Below, piece after piece: positions 49,786 to 61,769 of a DNA stretch of 64,000 nucleotides (positions are counted from its first letter, which is position 1; each line of letters opens with the position of its first letter). The stretch comes from the human T2T-CHM13v2.0 reference genome, Homo sapiens. The notes under the pieces were generated by a model, which saw only the letters and a list, made by a program, of their open reading frames with translations, was not told the origin of the DNA and searched no databases. Location of the stretch: NCBI RefSeq assembly GCF_009914755.1, contig NC_060936.1; one strand, written 5' to 3'. A program made the translations under genes and the position numbers.

Positions 49786-50345
49786 CTGCAACAACAGCGA
49801 CAGGACCAGTGAGCTCCCACGCGTTCCTCATTGTCCAACTCTAAACTTCTTCCACCAAACGTCCCCGCTAAAGGTCCCAGGTCCCAGTACAGCCAGGGGC
49901 AAGACAAATGCACACATGCTGATGCGCACGCACACACACACACGTGCACTGGGACGGTTAGTGCTCTGCTTTCCCACACCCCCAACTTGCCCTACCCTCC
50001 CCAAGCAAAGACCCTACCACTAATGGCCCTAAGCAACCCACTTCCTTCCCCAGTACCTCCTAACCTCCCCGCAGCCGCCAACTCGTTCCCTCCGGGTGCA
50101 AGCGACCCCCTGCCCCTTGCGCCCCCGCCGTGTGGTCCTGGGAGTGCGATGCGTCTTAGGCGCGCGCGATTCCTCGAAACCCGGCGCAGTCGCGACCTCT
50201 CCGGCTGACTGGTCCGGGAGTCCCGGGAGCTCCAGCAGGGCCAGCGTTCCCCAACGGGCTGAGCCGCTCGTCCCCGCGACCTGCATGTCCCACTCGGGCC
50301 CCGCGCCCCCACTTCGCCGCTGAAGGCGTCTCGCGGTGACTTTAC

Positions 50346-50436
50346 CTTGCCTGGGGTGGAAGTCAACTTCCCAAGACCTGGTGATGAAGAGCGAGAGATG
50401 GTAGAGCAGCCCAGTCAGCCACTTGGCCACCCACAT
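50346..50436 (-). CDS. ADAMTS20: ADAMTS20 coding exon 1 (signal peptide, MWVAKWLTGLLYHLSLFITRSWEVDFHPRQ, 91 nt, ends phase 1)
   Basis: ATG at 50436 in context GGAACCATGT (A at -3). Donor CAAG|GTAAAG at 50345. Peptide recognised as the human ADAMTS20 N-terminus. Confidence 0.96.
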
Positions 50437-50549
50437 GGTTCCACCCTGGGGACCCCGATCGGGGAGGCCCACCAGAGCCGCCGGCAGCCAAGCCGGCTTC
50501 CCTCGCGCTCCGATCCCTCTCCTCCCTCTCGCCCGCCGCTCTCCGCGCC

Positions 50550-50636
50550 TCAGCAGCCTAGGGAACAGCAGCGCGGGCCCTGGGCCGGCTGGTCCAGCCA
50601 CACCGCCTGTCTCCGCTCGCTGAGCCGCTGCTTCAT
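50550..50636 (-). other. Upstream ORF in the ADAMTS20 5'UTR (28 aa, MKQRLSERRQAVWLDQPAQGPRCCSLGC)
   Basis: Only ATG between the inferred TSS and the main ATG. G at -3. TGA at 50552-50550. Out of frame with the CDS. Confidence 0.55.
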
Positions 50637-50714
50637 CGCACTGCAGCCTCACTCCCCTTCCTGCGCCCGCGCTGCCCTCAGAAACTCTCTGCTCAGGTTC
50701 AGCTCGGCGCGGGG

Positions 50715-50815
50715 AAGCAACTCGACCTAGCAGGAATGGTGCCAATATAGCCACCCCGGACCGGCGAGCGCCGCGGAGAGCCCGCCCCTATGGGCTGTTC
50801 CCGGCCAATCAGCGG
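50715..50815 (-). promoter_or_regulatory. ADAMTS20 core/proximal promoter
   Basis: TATA-like CTATATT on minus (about 50744-50750) overlapping CCAAT at 50742-50746. GC box CCCGCCCC at 50781-50788. NF-Y consensus GGCCAATCAG at 50803-50812. TATA-like spacing implies a TSS near 50715-50720 (inference). Confidence 0.65.
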
Positions 50816-51129
50816 GAGGCGCGGCCCCTGCTCGCTTTTCCCCGCGCAGCCCCCTCCCTTCTCCACTCAGCCGCAAGGGGACTGCGGTACCCTTCTGCTG
50901 CCCCAGTGGGCGCGCAACTTGCTGAGTAGCCCCAAGGCCCGGCTGGGCACCAATTCCGGACCTATGAAACCCAGCGAGATGCAAGCACCCGCGTACGTGA
51001 AAGGTGCCTAGGGTTTTGAGCTCTTAGATGAAATGACAAGCATCAGATAGAACGTTTCTGTTTTTTATGTTTTACGGTACTTTTAGGCTTCTCAAACAAA
51101 ATAAAATAAGCTACAACGGAAGTTCTTGT

Positions 51130-51428
51130 AGGCAGAGGATGCTACCAATGAAGCTCAGTGACCGGGCCTCACTTGCATGGGCCCCTGTGTGTGCTGGGAG
51201 TTGCCGGGAGTTGAGTGCCATAGGTGGGGCGAGGAAGCCGAGTTTGCACACGAGCACTTCTGACAATTGCCGAAATAAATTCAGAAAAGGATCTGAGTCT
51301 CCAAAGTTTTAGTAACTTACTGTGGTTTATTTTTCTTCTTTTAATATTCATATTTGTACTTAATTTTGTATCAAGAGCCCTCCAAAATTATATAAACGTC
51401 AAGAGCCACAAAACTTGGATCTGCCCTG
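51130..51428. mobile_element. hAT-type MITE with MER53-like termini
   Basis: aatgaagctc...gggcctcacttgcatgggcccct and ...ccacaaaacttggatctgccctg. Confidence 0.5.
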
Positions 51429-52108
51429 CCTGCGAGAGTTTTTGCCGTTAGTTCCACAGTATTCATATACACTTTGTTTATAATATACAAATAATCCCGT
51501 ATATTCACAATTATCCTCCTCTACAATTACTGTGGCTCTGAATCCAGTTGTCTCCAGGTGTCTGTTAAATTGAATACACCACAGTGGTAGCCGAAAGCAA
51601 TTATTTTAGTACGATTTCTCATTTCTCAAATCCACCTGTTTGATTTGCAGGTTACATAATTACTTTTCTCTATATCCAGTATGAAAGCAAAGGGGGTGGG
51701 AGTAGTCAGATTGTCTTGAAATCCAACCAGGGGAGAGAAAGAATATAAGAAAAAAAGGAAAGGAGTATATGAGTAAATCTTCACACACACAATGGAAAAC
51801 ACTTTTAATTTAGTTCCTGACTGCTCTACCTCCTCTGAGCTCTCAACAATGGAAATGCTGCACTCTTTGAATTGACCTCTGATGGCATGCCTCTTCACTT
51901 TTATATCATACACTTGGTCATCTGTTGTTCACCACAAATGTGGAACAATCTTGTTCAATGAAAGAGGGTTTAATCTTACATCTCCCAGGAAATCACCCAG
52001 CTTGGTGATAGTAATTCTTCCATAATCATTCCCATTCTTTTGTACTCTTTTCTCACAATGAATGAAATGGTGACATTTCATTCACCAAAGAATTATAGAC
52101 TTCTGGTG

Positions 52109-52170
52109 GGATTTTTTTCCTAAGCTAAACATAGTATTAGGATTTTTTTCCTAAGCTAAACATAGTATTA
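52109..52170. repeat. Perfect 31-bp tandem duplication
   Basis: ggatttttttcctaagctaaacatagtatta at 52109-52139 and 52140-52170. Confidence 0.95.
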
Positions 52171-52396
52171 TTCTCAACAAAACAAAAATGGACTTTACTC
52201 ACACCTGTCTATTTAGTGGTTACCTTCAGTACATTATAATTGAGTCATTTTAATTACATTGCAGCTCTGAATGTGTCTTCACATTAGGAGCCATACCTTC
52301 TCTCCTACAAATACCGGAAAATAGAACTGCACCTGTTTAATTGGCGATCTCATTGCTGACTACAGGGAAAATTTGATATTTCATTTCCATCACTGA

Positions 52397-52807
<411 letters not shown>

Positions 52808-53269
52808 ATCATTTTTCAAATAAATGACAAGGTATGTGGGGTGTGTATACTATATCATTATTATCTTTACAATGTTCAGTAAAATGTATTGTTTTCCTCA
52901 TTTCATAGAAGATAGATGCTACATTGTCATACAGTATCTAAGCTGGATTTCTACTAATCCTTTCTGACTCCAAATGCTTTTTCATTATACTGAGCTATAA
53001 ATGTTATTGATATTCACATTATCTCTCTTCTTTCTTCCTACTCTGCTAATGAAAATGTCATGAATAAGCTAATCTATGCCATTTAATTCAAACTATTTCC
53101 TCACATGGATAATTAGAGCTATCACTTATGGAATTCTTTGAAATGTATGAAATTTGAAACCAAAGAGATTTGGGTCTAACTTGATGCTAATCCAGAATGA
53201 ATTATATAATCTCTCTGAGCTTCATGGAGGTAATAGGTAAGTTAAATGGTATGTCAGAGGAATTTCATA

Positions 53270-53580
53270 AGTGGTACCTGATCCTAGTGCTCTGAGAGGC
53301 AGAGGTAGGAAAATCATGTAGGCCAGGAGTTTGAGACCAGCTTGGGCAACACAGTGAGACCTCCGTTTCTAAAAAAAAAAAAAAAAAAAAAAAAATTAGG
53401 CATAGCGGCACTTGCCTGTTGAACTAGCTACTGGGGAGACTGAGGCAGAAGGATCATTCCTGAGCCCAGGAGCTCAAGGTTACAGTGAGCTATGATCACA
53501 CTACCACTCCAGTCTGGGCAACAGAGTGAGATCCCGTCTCTAAAAAAAATAATAATAATATAACATAATAATTAATAAAA
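53270..53580 (+). mobile_element. AluJ with expanded middle A-run
   Basis: Diverged dimer, linker of about A25, (TAA)n tail. Confidence 0.8.
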
Positions 53581-53699
53581 TATTGTTTGATTTGTAATTG
53601 AGACATTAATCATTATAAACACAAGCCATGTGATCAGTTTTTGGCACAGTGTGGAGAAAATATATTCAATCCTGCAAAGGAGAAATATTCTCACTATAC

Positions 53700-53905
53700 T
53701 TAGGGGTTAATAGACCTTGTTTTATAATCCTAGTTCTACTGTAAGCAGCTGTATAACGTTGAACAATTTGCCTAATGTAAGCCTACTTTTTCTCAGTTGT
53801 AAAATAAAGTTAATAATAGTAATCTCGTGCAATTGTTAAGATGATTAAAAGAGACAATACAGGTAACATTCTTGACATAATACTGAACAAACTATGTTCT
53901 CAATG
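53700..53905 (+). mobile_element. MIR remnant
   Basis: gctgtataacgttgaacaatttgcctaa...ctcagttgtaaaataaagttaataatagta. Confidence 0.55.
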
Positions 53906-53999
53906 CATATTTATGCTGATTATGGAATACTGAATGTTCATACTAAAAGGAACAACTCTTTGAATATATACTGCTTTTCTAATATTAATAGGTAGGAAT

Positions 54000-54110
54000 T
54001 AGGAAGGTCAACTTCATGATTTACCTGAGACTGGGGAATTTCCTAAGGTGCAAGATTTTCATTGCTGAAACCTGGGAAGTCTTTTGAAAACTAGGATTAG
54101 TTTGCCACTG
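54000..54110. mobile_element. MER81-like hAT-Blackjack MITE
   Basis: About 110 bp matching the recalled MER81 layout (ggtcaac...tttacctgagactggggaatttcc...ttttcattgctgaaacctgggaagtc...aaactaggattagtt). Confidence 0.6.
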
Positions 54111-54115
54111 AAATT

Positions 54116-54328
54116 CAAGGTTTCTCAACCAAGGCACTATTGATTTTGGGGTTGGATAATTATTTGTTATTGGAGGCTATGCTGTGCTTTGTACTATGTT
54201 TAGCAGTATCCCTGGCCTCCACCCACTCGATGCCAGTAGTACCCCACCCCTGTTGTACAACCAAAAATATTTCCAGATATTGCCAAATCTCCCTCGAGGG
54301 CAAAATTGGCCCCAGTTGAAAACCTCTG
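54116..54328. mobile_element. MER20
   Basis: gtttctcaaccaaggcactattga...gcaaaattggccccagttgaaaacctctg. Confidence 0.85.
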
Positions 54329-55633
54329 CTCTAGTACAGGAAGAAAACAGATAAATAATAAGTGCAAAGTGGATTTTGTAGAAGACTCCACAGATACTGC
54401 TTCATTTGTAATTATAAATAGCTGACTGCTTAGTAGAAACTCTTCATATATTCTAATTGGTATGAAAATTATCCAGCAGTGTAATTAAAGCAGTGCAACC
54501 TGTGGTCATTTTGTTAATAATTTTAAAACATTGTCATTGTTTCCAGGAATGCAGAGAAAAATCAAACTCTTACCCAGCCACTTATTACACTCTGTATTAA
54601 TTGTATATTTACTTACCTGCATTTAATACTAAATTATATCACCAGAACCAAGTTCTGTTCCCCCTATGAAATAGAAATACATTAAATATTCATTAAATGA
54701 ATAAATACAAATACTAAAATGTATATAACCTAGGGATAATTGGGCATACTATCAGCCAATCTTACCATCTCTGTCTTTTAGTTGGGATATTTATACCATT
54801 TACATTTAATGTAATAATTTATATAGTTACATTCAAGTCTATCATCTTGCTATTTGTTTTCTATCTATCCTATCATTATTCATTCCTTTTTTCTTCATCA
54901 TCTGTCTTCTTTTGGGTTAAATTAATATGTTTTTTATTCTATTTAATCTCCTTTACTACTCCATTCCTTGTTTTGTTATATAAGTGGTTATTTCAGGATT
55001 TATAGTATACATATTTAGCTTATCTCTATCTTCAAGTAATAGTATGCCAATGCAATTTCTTTCTTCCAATCTTTTTACTTTTTACTTTTTCATATGTTAT
55101 AAATCCCATATTGCATTGTTGCAATTTTATTTAAACAGTTGCTTTCATCTAACATCAATTTTCTTTTCCCTGAAAAGCTTCCTTTAGCCTTTCTTACAGT
55201 GTAAGTATGCTGATAATGAATTCTCTCAACTTTTGTATGTCTTAAAAAGTATTGATTTCATCTTTATTTTTTAAGCCTATTTTTTCTGAGTATGGAATTC
55301 TATGCTGAAAGCTGTAGATTTTCTTTTAGTAGTTTGAAGACATTGATTAATTGTCTTCTTGCTTCTTTCTAGATTTTTTTCTAACAAAAAAATGTCACGA
55401 ATGAAAAATCTATTATACTCATCTTCTGCAATAGGGTATCTTTTTATTGTGAACACTTTTAAGATTTTTCTGTCACTAGTTTTGTGCAAATTGATTATAA
55501 TAAGACTTGACGTGATTTTCTTAATGTTTCTTGTGCTTGGAGTTCATTGAGTGTTTTGGGAACTGTGGGTTCCCAAATTTATTTTCATCAAATTTGCATA
55601 ATTTGAAGTTATTATTTTTTCAAAACTTTTTCT

Positions 55634-56084
55634 TTTTTAAGAGAATTTCTGCATACCTTTAATCCTGTGTTCTCTAATGTTCACATATTACATATATAAC
55701 TATAGTACAACTATTATTATTTTGATTTTTTTTATTTCCATAGTTCATTGTGGAACAGGTGGTGTTTTGCTACATGAATAAGTTCTTTAGTGGTGATTTG
55801 TGAGATTTTGGTGCATCCATCACCCAAGCAGTATACACTGCACCCTATTGTAGTCTTTTATCTCTCAACCATTTCCCCCTCTTTCCCCCTGAGTCCCCAA
55901 AGTCCATTGTCCATTTTCTCATTCTTATGCCTTTGCATCTTCATAGCTTAGCTCCCACTTATGAGTGAGAACATACGATGTTTGGTTTTCCATTCCTGAG
56001 TTACTTCACTTAGTATAACAGTCTCCAATTTCATCCAGGTTGCTGTAAATGCCATTAATTCATCTTTTATGGCTGAGTAGTATT

Positions 56085-56142
<58 letters not shown>

Positions 56143-57638
56143 CAGTTTCTTTATCCACTCATTGATTGATGGGCTTTTAGGTTGGTTTCACATTTTTGCA
56201 ATTATGAATTGTGCTGCTATACACATATGTGTGCAAGTATCTTTTTCGTGTAATGACTTCTTTTCCTCTGGGTAGATACACAATAGTGGAATTGCTGGAT
56301 CAAATGGTAGTTCTACCTTTAGATCTTTAAGGAATCTCCACACTGTTTTCCATAGTGGTTGTACTAGTTCACATTCCCACCAGCAGTGTAGAAGTGTTCC
56401 CTGTTTACCACATCCATGCCAACATCTATCATTTTTTAATTTTTTGATTATGGCCATTCTTGCAGGAATAAGGTGGTATCACATTGTGGTTTTCATTTGC
56501 ATTTCCCTGATTGTTAGTGATATTGAGCATTTTTTATATGTTTATTGGCCATTTGTATATCTTCTTTTGAGAATTGTCTATTCATGTCCTTCACTCACTT
56601 TTTGGTGGGATTGTTTGTTGTTTATTGCTGATCTGTTCAAGTTCATTGTAGATCCTGGATATTAGTCCTTTGTCAAATGTATAGACTGTGAAGACTTTCT
56701 CCTACTCTGTGGGTTGTCTATTTACTCTGCTGACTGTTCCTTTTGCCATGCAAAAGCTCTTTAGTTTAATTCAGTCCCAGCTATTTATTTTTGTTTTTAT
56801 TGCATTTGCTTTGGGGTTCTTGGTCATGATATCCTTGCCTAAGCCAATGTCTAGAACGGTTTTTCCAATGTTATTTTCTAGAATTTTTATAGTTGCAGGT
56901 CTTAGATTTAAGTCCTTAATCCAGCTTGAGTTGATTTTTGTATAAGGTGAGAGATGAAGATCCAGTTTCATTCTCCAACATGTGGCTAGCCAATTATCCC
57001 AGCACCATTTGTTGAAAATGGTGTCCTTTCCCCAACTTTATTTTTGTTTGCTTTGTTGAATATCAGTTGGCTGTAAGTATTTGGGTTTATTTCTGAATTA
57101 TCTATTCTGTTCCATTGGTCTATGTGCCTATTTTTATACTAGTACCATGCTGTTTTGGTGACTATGGCCTTATAATTTAGTTTGAAATCAGGTAATGTGA
57201 TGCCTCCAGATTTGTTCTTTTTGCTTAGTCTCACTTTGGCTATGCAGGCTCGTTTTTGGTTCCATATGAATTTTAGAATTTTTTTTCTAATTCTGTGAAG
57301 AATGATGGTGGTATTTTGATGGGAATTGTGTTGAATTTGTAGATTACTTTTAGCAGTATGGTCATTTTCACAATATTGCTTCTACCCATCCATGAGTATG
57401 GGATGTGTTTCTATTTGTTTGTGTCATCTATGATTTCTTCCAGCAGTGTTTTGTAGTTTTGTATTTAAGTATTTTTTTTGCAGCTATTGTAAATGGGGTT
57501 GTGTTCTTGATTTGGTTCTCAGCTTGATCACTGTTGGTGTATAGAAGAGGTACTAATTCGTGTACATTAATTTTGTATCTAAAAACTTCGCTGAATTCTT
57601 TTATCAATTCTAGGAGCTTTCTGGAAGAATCTTTAGGG
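55634..57638 (-). mobile_element. L1PB1-like 5'-truncated insertion with extra 3' segment
   Basis: L1PB1-type 3'UTR and ORF2 C-terminal remnants. 14-bp perfect TSD tcaaaactttttct at 55620-55633 and 57639-57652. Confidence 0.85.
56091..56140. repeat. (AT)25 microsatellite
   Basis: Uninterrupted AT repeat inside L1PB1. Confidence 0.95.
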
Positions 57639-58995
57639 TCAAAACTTTTTCTGTTTCCTCTCTCTGTTTTCTTTCAAGGACTCCAGTTAAACATATATCA
57701 GCTTGCATGAAGTCCCACAACTCTCTGAAGCTCTGTTTCCTTTTTTAAATTATCTTTCTTTTTGTGTTTCATTTTTGATAATTTTATTGCCATGTCTTCA
57801 AGTTTACTAATCTTTTCTTCTGCCTTGTCTATTCTGCCATTAATCCTATTCAATGTACCTTTCATTTCACATATTGTCATTTCTATCTCTAGAACTTTAA
57901 CTTGAATCTTATTTTGTATCTTACTTAACTTTTTGAACATATGAAATGCAGTTATAATTCATTTGATGTCGATTCTAACATAAGGGTCAGTGCTCAGTGA
58001 ATTTAGGTGAAATGATTTTTCCCTTAATATTTGTCATATTTTCCTGCTTCTTGAATGCCTGATGATTTTTTTTATTGGATGTCATACACTGTTAATTTTA
58101 CATTTTGGGGTACTGGATATTTTTGAATTCTTATAATTATTCTTGAACTTTATTCTGAATGAAGTTAAGTTGCTTGGGAACAAGTCGTCTCTTTTCTTGC
58201 TTTTAAGATTTGTTAAGCAAGAGTAAAGCAGGGCTCAGTCTAGGGCGAATTATCTTCTACTACTAAGGCAAGACCCTCTGTGTACTCTATCCAATGCCCA
58301 TGAATCAAAAGGCTTCCCAATGTAGTTAGCAAAAACAGACTGTTCCTGGCTTTGTAATAGCCAGAGGCACTGTTACCTCTAATGCTTCTGGGTGATTCTT
58401 TCCCTATTGTTCCACAGTTGCTTCACGTGCATGTGCACTATTTTTTAAGACGGTAATGCTTCATATAGATGAAATATAAAGAAATTAATTTAAAAGATGA
58501 ATATTACTATATATACCAGAATAGTTCACTCTCACTTCCTGGAAATTTTGTTTTTTTAAAGAAGAGGGATAACTCCCAGATCACATAACGGCTACCATAA
58601 ACAAATGAGGTAGAAGCCATATGGAGAAGTAAACTATCCAGAGAGAAGCAAGGAGGCTTAGCAGAGGCAGATGTCAAGTTACACCAGAAAAAAAAATGTG
58701 TTTGCTGAAGGTGAGTGTTAACCTTGTTTTGTGAAAGCTATATTCCATCTGTGGAATATCAGAGATTGAGCACATGAGCATGCTGCCAGCAGAAGTCCTC
58801 TTGGAGCAAATTTTGACCAGAAAAGCAGAGGAAGTGAGCTATGCAAATAATAACAAAGAGGAGCCAGAGCTGGAAGAAACAATCTGTCTCTGTAACAGCA
58901 GAGAACTACAGAGGCTAGAAGGCTAGTCTACACCTCTCAGCCTCAATAAATAGCTAGTCCAAGAAAATCCAGCTAATTCAAGGATGTTCTATTTT

Positions 58996-59849
<854 letters not shown>

Positions 59850-60264
59850 AAGGATGTTTTATTTTTTAAGGATTGCATTTAATAAATAAAAATGTGTTAT
59901 AAGAAACAAACATGGGAAGGAACATCAAAACTTACCTACAGATGAAAGAACACTGCAAACAGGTTGCCATGGAGCAAACAAAAGTCGTCACCAAACATTT
60001 TGTCATGGATTTTTTTAAAAATTAATGAAGGGACTACTTTTGAAGTAAGACCTCAAAATAGAAACATAGGAACTCTGGGAAGATATAGAAGGACAACAGA
60101 AAGAAATAAAATATGATCTGGAAGAACTCAGAAAAGAAGTAGAGAGGGAAAATTATCCTAACAAAATAAATTGAAACTTGCACAAGGGAAAATAGGCAAT
60201 ATGAAAAACACAATAAGGAATATGGAGAAAATGAGAAACTGACCACATTGAAATGAAAATAAAC

Positions 60265-60385
60265 AGAGGAGGGAAGAAAGGAATGGAAAGGAAGGGGAGG
60301 GGAGGGGAGGGTAGGGGAGGGGAGAGGAGGGGAGGGGAGGGGAGAGGAGGGGAGGGGAGGGAAGAAGAGAGGGAGAGAGAGGGAC
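60265..60385. repeat. Polypurine (GGGGA/GGAGA)n low-complexity tract
   Basis: Nearly pure purine run with many G3-G4 tracts. Confidence 0.9.
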
Positions 60386-61386
60386 AGACTAGGGAGATAG
60401 GGAGATAAATATAAATAAAAGATATACATTGGAGATCCACATATACATGTTGGGAGAAGTCGCTGAAGAACAAAAAAAGTGAACAGAACAAATTTTAAGG
60501 TATAATTCAACAGTGCTTTTGTTAAAATGAAAGACTTAAATTTTCATATTTGACAAACACATTGGGTAGAAAGAAATTGACCAAGAATGGTTAACATAAA
60601 GACATTTCCTAGTAAAACTACTGGGCTTTAAAATAAAGATTAATTTTCTTCCTAGCCAGGCAAGATAAATATTATTTATGAGGAAAAAGTCATAGGTCAT
60701 ATTCATATTTCTTCACAGCAACATTTAACAGCAGAAGACATCAGAAGGCATTCAACATCCAAACAAGATTCTTACTGTGTATCAAGGATACAACCTTTAA
60801 TGTGTATCAAGGAAAGAAATATGAGTTGAGGATTCTATCCAGCAAAACTATCTTTCAAATACAGACTATAGACAAACAGTTCTGAATCTGCAAGAATTCA
60901 AAGAATATTTTCCTGAAGGCCAAAAGGCAACCAACCAAAGAATGGGTAAATTAGAGCAAAAGGAATGATAAACAGTTTTGAAAAATTTTAACTGACAGCT
61001 AAGACTGAAATCAGTGTTGGGTACTGAACCAATCCAAATGTTACAGAGTGAAATGAAAAATTAATAAATATATGGCAGTTATGAGTATGTATGTAAGTGC
61101 ATAGCATAGCAACCACCTCCACGTAGCAAAAATTACAAGCATTATAAGGAAATATAGGAAAGGATAGACTAGTAGTAGTAGGAAAGTAGTAGGAAATATA
61201 GGAAAGAATAGACTAGTAGTAGGAGTTTTTAATTCATACCTACCATTTCATGACAGGGTAAAAGGGCAAGAATATGAATGAGAATGTAAATAACCTTTAT
61301 AGTATAACTAAAAAAATAGTTGTGTCTAGACTGTTTAACATTCGTAAATTCCAAAAAGTAGAACTAGTTTAGCTAACATTCTCTGA

Positions 61387-61755
<369 letters not shown>

Positions 61756-61769
61756 TCAGAAGGAGTTTT

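Larger units (their letters stand above)
49400..51000. promoter_or_regulatory. CpG island covering the promoter, exon 1, intron 1 and exon 2
   Basis: Abrupt GC- and CpG-rich block in an otherwise very AT-rich window. Boundaries approximate. Confidence 0.9.
54760..58430 (-). mobile_element. Old L1M (ORF1 region) split by the L1PB1 insertion
   Basis: ORF1 coiled-coil remnant at 57698-57940 (EMKGTLNRINGRIDKAEEKISKLED). Sequence is continuous across the L1PB1 TSD. Confidence 0.65.

Noticed and set aside
49493-51011. Several plus-strand ORFs of 66-176 aa across the CpG island as an antisense gene
   Set aside because: Expected from stop-codon scarcity in GC-rich DNA and as shadows of real exons. 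No recognisable protein features or splice structure.
60034-60510. 158-aa and 112-aa Pro/Ser-rich ORFs
   Set aside because: Translation of the (CCCCT)n simple repeat and T-rich flanks.
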